55,462 nucleotides of DNA from a virus (IMGVR_UViG_3300035182_000695:90755-146216); one strand, 5' to 3'. Positions 35,620 to 45,226 are shown, numbered from the stretch's first letter. Notes: generated by a model not told the origin, from the sequence alone. Program-made: numbers and translations.

Positions 35620-35837
35620 TATTTTCTATTGGAAATTTCCGTTAATAAGTCGTTAATAACTTTATTGTTTTCGGACTCACTTTCATCTAAATTGTGCTTT
35701 AGCATTTCAGAGAAAAAAGCAGAGTAAATTTTATCAGTTAATATGCTTTCGTTATCAACTTTTGAATATCCGTATTCTTTTAGGTTTCTTACGCCTGCTT
35801 GTATTAGTTTGTTTTTTATTGCAACAGAATTACTCAT
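35619..35837 (-). CDS. Hypothetical protein
   Basis: Fits the operon packing. Confidence 0.6.
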   Translation of the reverse strand: MSNSVAIKNKLIQAGVRNLKEYGYSKVDNESILTDKIYSAFFSEMLKHNLDESESENNKVINDLLTEISNRK

Positions 35838-36091
35838 CGTTTTCTTTTATTGTGATGTTGTAGTATGAAAAATATAGCACCTAGTGCAACAACTGCGACT
35901 CCACAATAAATAATTTTCTTAGTTAAATCTTTTCTTTTATCAATCTTAATCTGTCTCTTCTCAATAGAGTCATTAGGATTTTCTTTGAAAATATTTTTTA
36001 GTTTAATTATTTTATGTCTGAGCAACCAAAATATTGGCACTAGAACTAATACAATTATAATAAAAATTAACTTGAGTTTTAAATCTTCCAT
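35834..36091 (-). CDS. Two-TM membrane protein
   Basis: Hydrophobic N- and C-terminal helices. Confidence 0.6.
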   Translation of the reverse strand: MEDLKLKLIFIIIVLVLVPIFWLLRHKIIKLKNIFKENPNDSIEKRQIKIDKRKDLTKKIIYCGVAVVALGAIFFILQHHNKRKR

Positions 36092-36111
36092 TGTTTGATT
36101 TTAAGAGTTTA

Positions 36112-36309
36112 TTAACTTTGACTGAGTTGATTCACTTTAGCGTGAATGCCGATAATATCTCCGGCCGTTGCCCCTTCCGGAATATCTTTTTTAGACTGTA
36201 CTACTATATCCAACTCTTCTAGTAGCGCAAATCCTTTTGCGCTCAAATGTTCGTGAATTATTTTTCTGACATCGCTTTCAGATAAAAATATTTTAGTTGT
36301 TATTTCCAT
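36112..36309 (-). CDS. Hypothetical protein
   Basis: Fits the operon packing. Confidence 0.55.
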   Translation of the reverse strand: MEITTKIFLSESDVRKIIHEHLSAKGFALLEELDIVVQSKKDIPEGATAGDIIGIHAKVNQLSQS

Positions 36310-36312
36310 TTT

Positions 36313-36515
36313 TTAATCGTTATCTTTTTTTAATATTATTGTTGCTGATAAAAGTGTTGCTGTTGCTTCTTTAGGTCCGTAATCATCTCTATAATAACTA
36401 ACACTATTCTAGTCTCAACCACTTGAACAATATCGTATCCGTCTTCAATTAAAGTGTTTAAATAGTTGGCTAGCGAACTTGATTCGTTTTGAGTGTACTG
36501 TTTTATGAATTGCAT
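36313..36515 (-). pseudogene. Small ORF, possibly frameshifted
   Basis: ATG at 36515 reads 59 codons to 36336; a second frame ending at 36313 gives a more natural C-terminus. Confidence 0.3.
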
Positions 36516-36516
36516 A

Positions 36517-37356
36517 CTATGTTTTTTTTGCCTTATATTTTATTATTTTGCCGTTATTTATTTCCTTTGAGTTCATAAATCCAATTTCTCTTGTCTGAGT
36601 AATCGTAATCTCGTAATGTTCATCATCAAAAGATATTTGACTTGTTTGATAAAGATGCAAACAAAACATTGATAGAATTTTTTGGTTTTCATCATTGCTC
36701 AAAACATCAGTTGGTTTTATTTTATTAAGTATAGAAATCCCTTTATTTGTTTTTTCTAAGTACTTAGATTCTGAATTCCTATAATCTCGTAACGTATCCT
36801 CACACTCTTTTATTAATTGTTTAGTTTCTGCATTGAATTGAAGTGAGTGAAGAGGGCAAGTAATTACTCCATCAACAGGCTCAACTTGAGACAAATCCAT
36901 TCCTCTGTGTGGACACTTTCCTTTGTGAATACATTTATGTTTTAGTTTTGAATTTCTTACAAAAATCGTCATCGCTCTACCAATACCAGAAATCTCATTT
37001 AAAACTTCAAGTTCCATATATTCTAGCCTTGAATTAGATAATAATTCTATTCTAAATTTATCTTCTCTGTTTAGAAAAAATTTTCTTGAATCCGTTATTT
37101 TAAAACCACTTGACTCTTCATTTGATTCTTCAATTTTAATAAATCTAAAATCAGTATGATAATGTATCTCATCTTGACCATTTTCCTTATCAGAATGTTT
37201 TGATTCAAGAACAGGAGTTATAGACGTAATATTGCCATCAAAATCTCTTTCTACAACGCAACACACTAAAAATATTTCACCTAATTTAATAGGCCGAGAA
37301 ACATCTTTCAAATAATTATTGGAATGACCCATTGTCTTGTCGCTCATCTGATTCAC
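36517..37356 (-). CDS. Rieske-type [2Fe-2S] domain protein
   Basis: CPHRG...CPLHS ligand boxes; the true start may be the Met at 37332. Confidence 0.7.
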   Translation of the reverse strand: MNQMSDKTMGHSNNYLKDVSRPIKLGEIFLVCCVVERDFDGNITSITPVLESKHSDKENGQDEIHYHTDFRFIKIEESNEESSGFKITDSRKFFLNREDKFRIELLSNSRLEYMELEVLNEISGIGRAMTIFVRNSKLKHKCIHKGKCPHRGMDLSQVEPVDGVITCPLHSLQFNAETKQLIKECEDTLRDYRNSESKYLEKTNKGISILNKIKPTDVLSNDENQKILSMFCLHLYQTSQISFDDEHYEITITQTREIGFMNSKEINNGKIIKYKAKKT

Positions 37357-37609
37357 TTTTATTTACTACCGAATAACCATTGCTTTTATTTTTCATTCCC
37401 AAATCCGCAATTATTTCAAGTGAAACAAGCGTTACGTCTTCTTTTATTTTAAATCTAGCGAGCGCATACTCATCATCTTTCTTTGTATAGACTGTTTTAA
37501 GCGGCTTATCGTACTCTCTAGCTATTACTTGTTGCTTAGCTACTAATGTACCGCCTTTCTTAGTTCTAAACGTGAGATTAGCGTAAACTATTTGTCCAGG
37601 TTTAATCAT
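37316..37609 (-). CDS. Hypothetical protein
   Basis: Fits the operon packing. Confidence 0.55.
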   Translation of the reverse strand: MIKPGQIVYANLTFRTKKGGTLVAKQQVIAREYDKPLKTVYTKKDDEYALARFKIKEDVTLVSLEIIADLGMKNKSNGYSVVNKSESDERQDNGSFQ

Positions 37610-37610
37610 T

Positions 37611-37922
37611 TTATTTGAATGCGTTAGGAAACATAGGAAACATATTGTTTCTGTTTTTAATTAAAGATAGAAGGGTTATTTTACCCATAACGATTTGTCT
37701 TGCGTGTTCTTTACAAGGAATGAATCCTGTAAACTCACCATTAATGCAGCCAGCTGTATACCTTCGCTTATCTTCTTTACTCATCCTTCCTTTCATCTGT
37801 TTGAGAACTATTGGCGGCTGGTCACAAAATTCTTTGATGCAACATTCTGGATAACCTAAATCATTTCCTAAAGGGGCATTTTCATCGAACCAAGCTTTTT
37901 TGTGTTCTTCTATTGTGGCCAT
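37611..37922 (-). CDS. Small Cys-containing protein
   Basis: LGYPECCIKEF...GFIPC..H, possibly metal-binding. Confidence 0.6.
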   Translation of the reverse strand: MATIEEHKKAWFDENAPLGNDLGYPECCIKEFCDQPPIVLKQMKGRMSKEDKRRYTAGCINGEFTGFIPCKEHARQIVMGKITLLSLIKNRNNMFPMFPNAFK

Positions 37923-37941
37923 AATTTTTTATTTTTATTTT

Positions 37942-38535
37942 TTACATTGCTATTAATCTAGGGTCAACATCTTCATCAATTGAATTTAAAATTTCAATCG
38001 ACTTTCGTGTGTCATCTTTTGTTAGTCCAATCATTCCGTCTGTGTGTACGAATGATTTAGATTGACATAAAAGAAAGTCTGTGTCATCATCTAAAATACA
38101 ATACGCATAGTCTTTGAAGTTTTCATTGCTACGCATCTTTTTAAAAGAGCCGTCTTCCCCATACTCTTTATATTGCTCATCCATCTCAGGATTAGCGTGC
38201 CAAGGATATTTTAGATTTCTATCAACCCAAGTTCCAACTTCATTACCTCTTACTATTTTCATTGAAGAGCCGTCTGCTACATAGTGATAACCTCGAATTG
38301 TCTCTCCAACAATTTCATTCATCAAGTCATCAGGAAAACCTCCTTTAGCTAGTGATTCCTTAGTCAGCTCCATACTTCCGGCACGCCAAGAAGATGAGAC
38401 AACAATCTTTGCTTTTGTCTCTTTTATTATTGTGCGTAGATTTTCTAAGCAATCTAAATCGAATGATTCATAGTTATTCTTCGGAATGCAGATTACGCCA
38501 TCGACATCAAGAAATATTATTTTATTATGTTTCAT
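37942..38535 (-). CDS. HAD-superfamily phosphatase (RNA-repair HAD_SAK-like)
   Basis: IIFLDVDGV, VVSSSWR, ILDDDTD. Confidence 0.8.
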   Translation of the reverse strand: MKHNKIIFLDVDGVICIPKNNYESFDLDCLENLRTIIKETKAKIVVSSSWRAGSMELTKESLAKGGFPDDLMNEIVGETIRGYHYVADGSSMKIVRGNEVGTWVDRNLKYPWHANPEMDEQYKEYGEDGSFKKMRSNENFKDYAYCILDDDTDFLLCQSKSFVHTDGMIGLTKDDTRKSIEILNSIDEDVDPRLIAM

Positions 38536-38536
38536 T

Positions 38537-38623
38537 TTAAATAGACATTAAAATCATTACAATTATTGCTATTACAACTACTGCAACAAATTGATATTGT
38601 TTGTTTTGAAGTATTCTTTTCAT
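38537..38623 (-). CDS. Tiny TM peptide (28 aa)
   Basis: Hand-translated MKRILQNKQYQFVAVVVIAIIVMILMSI; fills the gap exactly. Confidence 0.45.
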   Translation of the reverse strand: MKRILQNKQYQFVAVVVIAIIVMILMSI

Positions 38624-38624
38624 C

Positions 38625-38993
38625 CTATCTCTTTGTTTTAACAACAGTATATTCTTCCTCTGTTGAGCCAATCATTTGAATACAAATTCTCGCATACAAC
38701 TCATTCATAAATGCAATTGCTTCGTTTTCAGCATCACAAAATTTAGCGTCTTCTGGCTTAACTAAATAACTTTGTAAGTATTTTTTAGTTTGTATGTTTT
38801 GTAAAACAAAAGCGTCTTTAGGCTCTTGCTTAGCGACGAACTTTTCATCATCACGCAAATATATAGTTTGAATGAATGCGCCGTTGACGTGCAAGATACC
38901 GCCTTTAGGATAGTATCCGTGTTCTATTGCTTCATTTACTAATTCAATTAACTCAGGAAGAGTTGGCTTAATTACTACATCGTATTTTTTCAT
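38625..38993 (-). CDS. Hypothetical protein
   Basis: Fits the operon packing. Confidence 0.6.
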   Translation of the reverse strand: MKKYDVVIKPTLPELIELVNEAIEHGYYPKGGILHVNGAFIQTIYLRDDEKFVAKQEPKDAFVLQNIQTKKYLQSYLVKPEDAKFCDAENEAIAFMNELYARICIQMIGSTEEEYTVVKTKR

Positions 38994-38997
38994 AGTG

Positions 38998-39273
38998 TTA
39001 TGCAGGTTGAGGTCCTGTGTCTCTTATTGGTTTTTCAATTAATCTTTCGCATTGTTTTCCTATTTCATAGAAAACTAATGCAGGTTGTTCTTTTGCCGTT
39101 ATTGTAAATCTGTGAATGTTTCCATTTTTAACACCGTTGCTTAATGTCTTTACTTCATAGCTTGTAATGTTCGTGTATGAAGTTTTTGTTATTTGATTGA
39201 ATACAATTAAATTGTCTAAAATCTCACACATTTTGTTTTTATCGTATTGATAAATAACTAAAGTTCCTTGCAT
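38998..39273 (-). CDS. Hypothetical protein
   Basis: Fits the operon packing. Confidence 0.55.
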   Translation of the reverse strand: MQGTLVIYQYDKNKMCEILDNLIVFNQITKTSYTNITSYEVKTLSNGVKNGNIHRFTITAKEQPALVFYEIGKQCERLIEKPIRDTGPQPA

Positions 39274-39284
39274 AATAATTATTT

Positions 39285-39467
39285 TTAATTTGCGTATCTA
39301 GCTCTTATGCCTTCAACTTTTGACTCACAATCTGTATAAACAGAAAAGCCTTTTCTGATTACAACTTTTATTTTTTTCTCAGGCATTTTCATTTCTTTTT
39401 TAGGAATTACTTGATGCTGTTTTAGATTTCTCCAAGTTTGCAAGTTGTTTTTTTTCGGACTAGGCAT
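39285..39467 (-). CDS. Basic hypothetical protein
   Basis: Fits the operon packing. Confidence 0.5.
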   Translation of the reverse strand: MPSPKKNNLQTWRNLKQHQVIPKKEMKMPEKKIKVVIRKGFSVYTDCESKVEGIRARYAN

Positions 39468-39469
39468 AA

Positions 39470-39724
39470 CTATCTGTTTTTTAAAAATTGTTCGTACATA
39501 TACTGTGCCTGCTCAGGAGTTAAGTTTGGCGGCAAATCAATTGTGTGGTCAACTCCCCAATTGTAATTTACGAAAATTTTAAATGTGTTGCTGCTCGTGC
39601 TATATTCTAATTGAGAATAATTATAAACAGGCTTTTCAACAATTGCAACCTGTATTAATGAAACAATACAGATTGCAACTATTGCACAAACACCTATTAG
39701 TATGTTTTTTAATGTGTAGCTCAT
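39470..39724 (-). CDS. N-terminal TM protein
   Basis: ILIGVCAIVAICIVSLIQVAIV. Confidence 0.55.
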   Translation of the reverse strand: MSYTLKNILIGVCAIVAICIVSLIQVAIVEKPVYNYSQLEYSTSSNTFKIFVNYNWGVDHTIDLPPNLTPEQAQYMYEQFLKNR

Positions 39725-39728
39725 AGTT

Positions 39729-40661
39729 TTAGATTTCTTTAGGTGCTAACATATCAACTTTTATATGTTCGTCAGATGTGTAGCCAATTAATTTAAAGTC
39801 TTTTATTTGGTATGCGTTAAATATTAAATCAATATCTAATTCATCAATACTAACACCTCCAGCTAAATTATTAAAGTCAGGCATTTCAACCTCGCAATTA
39901 CTATGAGTGTCAGGATTTCTTGATAATAATTCTTGAACTGCTTCATACTGGTTATCGTAAAAATGTACGCATTTCAAAGTACCTTCTATTCCCAAAGCCT
40001 TAAAGCCAGTTATCTGTTCAAGCACTTTTGCAAGCAATGCGTATGACGCTATATTTATTGGAACGCCTAAGAATGTGTCTACCGACCTTTGATTCCAATG
40101 AAGTTCAAAACCAAATTTATCATCCTCCAAAGGGACACCTATAATCTGAAATTCTGAATGGCAAGGAGGTAGCGCAGTCATATCAATTTCTGACGGGTTC
40201 CATGCGTTAACCTTTAATCTACTTGACATAATGTCCTTTCGCATCATATCAACTAAATCTTTTATTTGGTCTGTTTTTCCGTTGAAATTTCTCCATTGAA
40301 CAGAATAATTTTGTCCAACAGAACCAATTCCTATTTCATTAAATTGTTGCTCTGAATAAGCATTTTCTCCGTGCGTTTTTTTATGCCAATTATATGCGTC
40401 TTTGTTCCAAAAATTTATTCCATTCTTATTAAGAAACGCAACATCATTATCGCCTCTTAAAAACCAAATCAATTCCCCAACAACACCTTTCCAAAAAATC
40501 TTTTTATTTGTTATTGCAGGAAATCCATCTTCAAAACTATGTCTGAATGTATAACTAGGAATCTGCAAGCGTTTAACGCCACGGTTTTTGTTCTCGTACT
40601 CTTTACCTTCTTTAAGGATTTTATTACAAAGTTCTGCGAACTCAATATCTATTTTTGCCAT
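39729..40661 (-). CDS. thyA: Thymidylate synthase
   Basis: ELIWFLRG, ALPPCH (catalytic Cys), NQRSVDTFLGVPINIASY, HFYDNQ. Confidence 0.92.
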   Translation of the reverse strand: MAKIDIEFAELCNKILKEGKEYENKNRGVKRLQIPSYTFRHSFEDGFPAITNKKIFWKGVVGELIWFLRGDNDVAFLNKNGINFWNKDAYNWHKKTHGENAYSEQQFNEIGIGSVGQNYSVQWRNFNGKTDQIKDLVDMMRKDIMSSRLKVNAWNPSEIDMTALPPCHSEFQIIGVPLEDDKFGFELHWNQRSVDTFLGVPINIASYALLAKVLEQITGFKALGIEGTLKCVHFYDNQYEAVQELLSRNPDTHSNCEVEMPDFNNLAGGVSIDELDIDLIFNAYQIKDFKLIGYTSDEHIKVDMLAPKEI

Positions 40662-40670
40662 ATTTATTTT

Positions 40671-40946
40671 TTAGTTTTTGTTTCTTCTGTTTAATCTTTC
40701 TTGTTTTCGCTCCATTCTCCTTTCTTCCCTTGCGAGTTTAGATAAGGAGAATTTCTTAATAACGGGTTGGTCGTATTCATCTGTATCATCTGCGCAAAAA
40801 TAACTATAACCGTCAGCCGCTTCAAATGTATCGAAAGAACAATCTGCGTTAGACTCTTCCTGGTTCATAACGCCAGAAATTATTTTATGCAGACTGTTGT
40901 TTGCGATTTCAATAGCCTTTTGCTTTATGTAATTTACATCAGACAA
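40671..40946 (-). CDS. Hypothetical protein
   Basis: TTG start; fits the packing. Confidence 0.5.
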   Translation of the reverse strand: MSDVNYIKQKAIEIANNSLHKIISGVMNQEESNADCSFDTFEAADGYSYFCADDTDEYDQPVIKKFSLSKLAREERRMERKQERLNRRNKN

Positions 40947-40955
40947 TTTTTACAT

Positions 40956-41330
40956 TTAGTGTTTATGATATACTTCACGCATAACTTCATCTAATTTTTC
41001 AAACACTTCTTCATTATTGTCTTTTAAAGCGTTATCAGAAGCGTCATAAACTTTAGCGATAGATTCTTTTAATTCTTTGATTTCATTAAATCTTTTCTCA
41101 GAGTAAGATTCTTGTTTAGCTCCTGCTTTATCGTAGGTAACAACGTCAGCAACTTCTAATCTTGCTAATTTCTGTTCAAATTTTTCAATTAATTTTACAG
41201 ATTCCGTTACCATATTTGTTCGTCTTGCGATTTCAATGTTCGCAATTTCATCGATAACAGAGTTTGATACTTGTTCCGATGAGCTGGAGATTCTCTCAGC
41301 AATTTTTGATTTGATGTCTGTTGTTTTCAT
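40956..41330 (-). CDS. Helical hypothetical protein
   Basis: Fits the operon packing. Confidence 0.6.
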   Translation of the reverse strand: MKTTDIKSKIAERISSSSEQVSNSVIDEIANIEIARRTNMVTESVKLIEKFEQKLARLEVADVVTYDKAGAKQESYSEKRFNEIKELKESIAKVYDASDNALKDNNEEVFEKLDEVMREVYHKH

Positions 41331-41347
41331 ACTTATTTATTTGGTTT

Positions 41348-41629
41348 TTAGATTAAATTTCCTTTGTAATATTCGTTCATTATAGAAACGCCTTGTTGTT
41401 CAGAAACTTTGTTGAATAGAATGTTTTTTATTCTATCTGTTATTCCAGTTTTCTTTTCAGCAAGCTCTTGTTTAAGCTCTCTGTAATTGTCTAATAGACT
41501 ATGCTGATGCAATACATCTAAAAGCTTTTCTGCTTCCGTTACAATTAAAGTATCGGTGTCGTATGCGTGAACGAAATCCGCAATTACAACTTGTTGTTCT
41601 TTTGTGAAATCTATGAAATTTTGCGCCAT
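41348..41629 (-). CDS. Hypothetical protein
   Basis: Fits the operon packing. Confidence 0.55.
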   Translation of the reverse strand: MAQNFIDFTKEQQVVIADFVHAYDTDTLIVTEAEKLLDVLHQHSLLDNYRELKQELAEKKTGITDRIKNILFNKVSEQQGVSIMNEYYKGNLI

Positions 41630-41640
41630 GGTTTTTTGTT

Positions 41641-41811
41641 TTACATTTTTTGAAACTTCTCTTGTTGTTTTTCTAATATCTCGTCGAATGTTTTTTTAAC
41701 TAGCTCACGCTCTTCGCCTTTTAAAACTTCAAGGTTAGCTTGCTTTAATTTTTCGATGTCTTCAATGTATTTTCGCTGGTCATTCAGCTCTTGTAATTTT
41801 TCTACTTCCAT
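41641..41811 (-). CDS. Small coiled-coil protein (56 aa)
   Basis: Hand-translated MEVEKLQELNDQRKYIEDIEKLK... Confidence 0.5.
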   Translation of the reverse strand: MEVEKLQELNDQRKYIEDIEKLKQANLEVLKGEERELVKKTFDEILEKQQEKFQKM

Positions 41812-41812
41812 T

Positions 41813-42100
41813 TTATGTGTTTTGTTTTTTAACTATTTCGTAACCAACTTCTGACAATCCTTTGTTCCACATTTCTAAAGACAGCTCACCTATTATTGGC
41901 GCTGCGTGATTTCTTGGGTCAATCATTGTTATAGCAAAAGAAGGTTTGTCGCCTTTAGCTCCATCTTCTTTAAGATACAATTCAATAGGTCTTAACTCGA
42001 ACATAGCTGAATAGTTTATATCAGAGTAATGCCCAACGTCTATTCTGTTTTTTCCAACATTGAATCCTGTAAAAGTGTTTATGTCTTTATTTCTTGCCAT
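41813..42100 (-). CDS. Hypothetical protein
   Basis: Fits the operon packing. Confidence 0.55.
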   Translation of the reverse strand: MARNKDINTFTGFNVGKNRIDVGHYSDINYSAMFELRPIELYLKEDGAKGDKPSFAITMIDPRNHAAPIIGELSLEMWNKGLSEVGYEIVKKQNT

Positions 42101-42105
42101 TGCTT

Positions 42106-42582
42106 TTATTTATTTAAAACATCATTTCCGAATAACTCATTTAATTTTCTTTGCTCTACTAATTCATTTCTACCGCCTTTATTCTTATGGAATTCGTTGT
42201 GGCACGGTATGCAAACTTTTATTAAATTTATTTCGTCGTGTAAATGTATATGATTAGGTTTTTCGCTTCTAAAAATTATGTGGTGTGTTTCTAGTGCTAC
42301 ATCTGATGCGCCACAGTTTTCGCAACAAATGTCTCCGTTAATGTCTTTAAGAGATTCATTCAAGTTATTTCTACTCTTGTTATACTTTTGTGTCTCTATT
42401 TTGTTTTTTGCTGATTGCTTATTGATTGGAGTTCTCTTAGCAAACGAATTTCCGTTTTTAGCTTTCTTAAATGTGATTTCACACAATGGGCTACAAAACT
42501 TTTCAAGCGTACTTCTACGAGGCATAAATGGTTTTTTGCAAGACTCTAAACCACACTTTTTTTCTTTTATCTTACCTATCAT
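42106..42582 (-). CDS. NinG-like HNH endonuclease
   Basis: N-terminal CxxxxC..F...FCS..C; CENC...HHIIFRS...NLIKVCIPCH. Confidence 0.75.
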   Translation of the reverse strand: MIGKIKEKKCGLESCKKPFMPRRSTLEKFCSPLCEITFKKAKNGNSFAKRTPINKQSAKNKIETQKYNKSRNNLNESLKDINGDICCENCGASDVALETHHIIFRSEKPNHIHLHDEINLIKVCIPCHNEFHKNKGGRNELVEQRKLNELFGNDVLNK

Positions 42583-42596
42583 TTATGTAGTTTTTA

Positions 42597-42634
42597 AAAT
42601 CAGAAACAAAACCGAATTGAATTGTTTCTGATTT
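42597..42634. terminator. Terminator-like hairpin
   Basis: AAATCAGAAACAA-N12-TTGTTTCTGATTT, 13 bp perfect stem. Confidence 0.6.
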
Positions 42635-42641
42635 AGTTTAC

Positions 42642-43325
42642 TTAGATTGTTTTTTTTCTGAATTTTAAGTTATTCATTCGCTCGCTAATGGCGTTTTGGT
42701 CTGCTAACTGGTCTTTCTCCACTTTAGTAATTAAAGCGTTTCTAACAAGCTCTAATGCGTCAATAACTTCAATTGCATCGCACTCGCAGTTCATATAATC
42801 ATCAACGCAGTTTCCGATTACTTCTGTCGCTGTTTTTTTAGGCTCTTCAAATTTTGTTTGATTTACGCTTTGTTCAATAACTGGTTGATTATCGCTTTCA
42901 TTCATAGTTCTGTCGCTCATAGCGGCTACTTTTAAATGAGGGTGATTTTTTTCAACAACTTCGGTAATGGCATCTCTGAACTCTTTGCTATTAAAACCGA
43001 ATTTATCTTTTACTTCATTTAACTTTTCGGCGTCGGCTCCTACAACCTCAATTGATTTGAAGCCCGACTCAGCTAACATATTTTTGATAGCTTCTCTTTG
43101 TTTTGTTTTTGCTGACTCAGCGTTTGATTTTAATGGAAATGATTTTTTAACTAAATCCTTTTGCTTAGCAATAGTTTTTTTAACAGCTGGCTGTTTTTTT
43201 ACTGGTGCTTTTTTTGCAGGTTGTTTTTTCGTAACAACTTTTTTAGCTGCTACTTTTTTAGGAGCTGCTTTTTTTGTTGGAGCTTTTTTGGAAGTAGCTT
43301 TCTTCGTTGTTGCTTTACTAGCCAT
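42642..43325 (-). CDS. Histone H1-like (K/A/P-rich) N-terminus protein
   Basis: ASKATTKKATSKKAPTKKAAPKKVAAKK repeats. Confidence 0.7.
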   Translation of the reverse strand: MASKATTKKATSKKAPTKKAAPKKVAAKKVVTKKQPAKKAPVKKQPAVKKTIAKQKDLVKKSFPLKSNAESAKTKQREAIKNMLAESGFKSIEVVGADAEKLNEVKDKFGFNSKEFRDAITEVVEKNHPHLKVAAMSDRTMNESDNQPVIEQSVNQTKFEEPKKTATEVIGNCVDDYMNCECDAIEVIDALELVRNALITKVEKDQLADQNAISERMNNLKFRKKTI

Positions 43326-43492
43326 CTTTATTTGTTTTTATTGTTTGTTTTTATTTTATCTCTTTAAATAAGTGTACGTTTTCTCGTTGGTAGGAAAGTA
43401 TTAAAACCATCCAAGTCTATGAAACTACAACCCCTAATTATGCTGACATACTTCTTCTTCGCTTTTTTTATAGTTAGGCATTGATACACTCA

Positions 43493-43816
43493 CTATTTTT
43501 TTTCGTTTTTGGTTATGTCTTCGCTATCAATGTGAGACTTGCATTTATTGCAGTAAAAGAATTCAACTTCATTTCCATTCATCTTTGCTCTTATTGAATC
43601 TCCGCAGCAATCGCTTTTCATTGTCTTCGCTCCTGTGTTATCGTTTTCGACAACTAAATATTCTGTTTTTCTTTTACCATAAAGGTCATCCATCATTTTA
43701 TCTGAAAAATATAATGAGTGATGTAATATAGCCCTAACCGCTAGAGTTAATGGCGCTAAGCAGAATCCAATAGCTACAAATATATGCTGAATTATAAATC
43801 TAATAATCAAAATCAT
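43493..43816 (-). CDS. Membrane protein with C-terminal zinc ribbon
   Basis: N-terminal TM; SDCC...YCNKC. Confidence 0.55.
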   Translation of the reverse strand: MILIIRFIIQHIFVAIGFCLAPLTLAVRAILHHSLYFSDKMMDDLYGKRKTEYLVVENDNTGAKTMKSDCCGDSIRAKMNGNEVEFFYCNKCKSHIDSEDITKNEKK

Positions 43817-44682
43817 TTTAATAGTGTTATGTGTGGAGAATTATCTTTAATGTTAAAGAAATTATTTAATTGCTCAAGCTCGTAGCATTCTTTTAAAAGC
43901 TCGAATTCATTATAGTTGCACCAGTATTCGTTTTCATAAGACCACTTTAATAAATCTAAAGCCATTCTAAATGTTCTTTTGCCAATTTCGCACATTGCAT
44001 CATCTATTCTGTATAAACTGATTTGATGAGGTTCTGTTTTTTCAACTGCGCAAAAAATATAATCTTCCCTATTCGCAAAGTGTTTATAAAAAGCGTCTGT
44101 GATAGGATAGCCATAAGTAATTGCATCTCGCTTGAATCCTTTAGGGCTTCCGTCTTTCGCTGTCTTGATGTCAATTATTGTTGTTTCATCATCACACATA
44201 ACATCAGGACGAAGTTTTATTTTCAATCCAGTCGGTTCATCAATTGTGTATATGCTCACTTCTCTTGCGCTGTTTTGCATCAAATCGATAAGAGTTTTAT
44301 TTTTGAGCGCAGACTCACACATCTTAACGAGCGAATCCATTTCACTATCCAAAATTATACTCTTGTCTTTGTTTTTGCTATTAAACTCAGCGAACTCAGC
44401 CTTTCCGTCTTTTGTTCTTCTGTTCATTTCTGGAGCAACAACGTAATTTTTAAAGAACTCGTGAGGCTCTAATATACATTCGTGTAACGCTGAACCTAAA
44501 ACAAAATGTCTGCCTACAACTTCTTTTTTTGTTGAAGTTGTTTTTTTAGCAACCTTTCCATACTTCTTATAGTAGTAATACATAGGGCTTCTTGCGAAGT
44601 TCTTAGCATCAGAAGCACTAATGAAGTCTTTCTTACCTAAATAGGTACTGAAACTATCCTTTGTATATTCGATTTCTTGCAT
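43813..44682 (-). CDS. RecE/exonuclease VIII-like PD-(D/E)xK nuclease
   Basis: ISAS, LGSALHECILEP, KLRPD...IIDIKT, Y...AFY. Confidence 0.85.
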   Translation of the reverse strand: MQEIEYTKDSFSTYLGKKDFISASDAKNFARSPMYYYYKKYGKVAKKTTSTKKEVVGRHFVLGSALHECILEPHEFFKNYVVAPEMNRRTKDGKAEFAEFNSKNKDKSIILDSEMDSLVKMCESALKNKTLIDLMQNSAREVSIYTIDEPTGLKIKLRPDVMCDDETTIIDIKTAKDGSPKGFKRDAITYGYPITDAFYKHFANREDYIFCAVEKTEPHQISLYRIDDAMCEIGKRTFRMALDLLKWSYENEYWCNYNEFELLKECYELEQLNNFFNIKDNSPHITLLK

Positions 44683-44688
44683 TTAGTG

Positions 44689-44898
44689 CTATGTGAATTT
44701 TATTTTAAAATTTTTATCGTTCTCTAAATTTACAACTGTTATATATTCATCTTTAATGCTTTCAACCCTTATAATGAAAGAGTTTCTGCTTGAGTGAACT
44801 GAATTTATAATTTTATACTTGTCTCCGTGTTTTTCTATGAAGTCTTTACCAAGCGAATCTTTGCCTTCAAGAATAGCATTGTGCGTTTTGTTACTCAT
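44689..44898 (-). CDS. Hypothetical protein
   Basis: Fits the operon packing. Confidence 0.5.
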   Translation of the reverse strand: MSNKTHNAILEGKDSLGKDFIEKHGDKYKIINSVHSSRNSFIIRVESIKDEYITVVNLENDKNFKIKFT

Positions 44899-44901
44899 AT
44901 A

Positions 44902-45165
44902 TTAATCAGCGTCCTCTTCCACTTTCTTAAAAACCAAATCCCTTTTTAATAACTTGACATACGTTTCTGTGCCAGGATTAAATTGTCTGTGCGTATCGTA
45001 ATGAGATTTATCACACGGTACTATTAAAATTACTGATATTGATTGGTATTTTGTTTTATTCCTTTCAATGAAATTTTCAAAAGGCTCAGAGATTGTTGCT
45101 GTATATGTTATAGCAGAACAACCAAAAGGAATTATATTAAATGCGATTCTGTAATGTGATTTCAT
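44902..45165 (-). CDS. Hypothetical protein
   Basis: Start moved to ATG (MKSH) because the track TTG start is part of the -7 promoter box. Confidence 0.55.
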   Translation of the reverse strand: MKSHYRIAFNIIPFGCSAITYTATISEPFENFIERNKTKYQSISVILIVPCDKSHYDTHRQFNPGTETYVKLLKRDLVFKKVEEDAD

Positions 45166-45183
45166 ACTTATTTTTGTGTCTTG

Positions 45184-45226
45184 CAAATATACTAAATGTT
45201 ACACATACTTGTAACATTATTTTCAA
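45184..45226 (-). promoter_or_regulatory. Promoter (-7 TATATTTG, upstream TTGAA) with operator palindrome AATGTTACA-N6-TGTAACATT
   Basis: Perfect 9 bp inverted repeat at 45195-45218 between the promoter elements, just downstream of an HTH gene. Confidence 0.7.

Noticed and set aside
39729-40661. ThyA as a dUMP/dCMP hydroxymethylase for modified bases
   Set aside because: It retains canonical thymidylate synthase motifs including the dUMP-specifying Asn (NIASY); no direct evidence of altered chemistry
43352-43481. Possible small ORF broken in an A7 run (MPNYKK...)
   Set aside because: Too short and without recognisable motif to support a gene or a programmed frameshift
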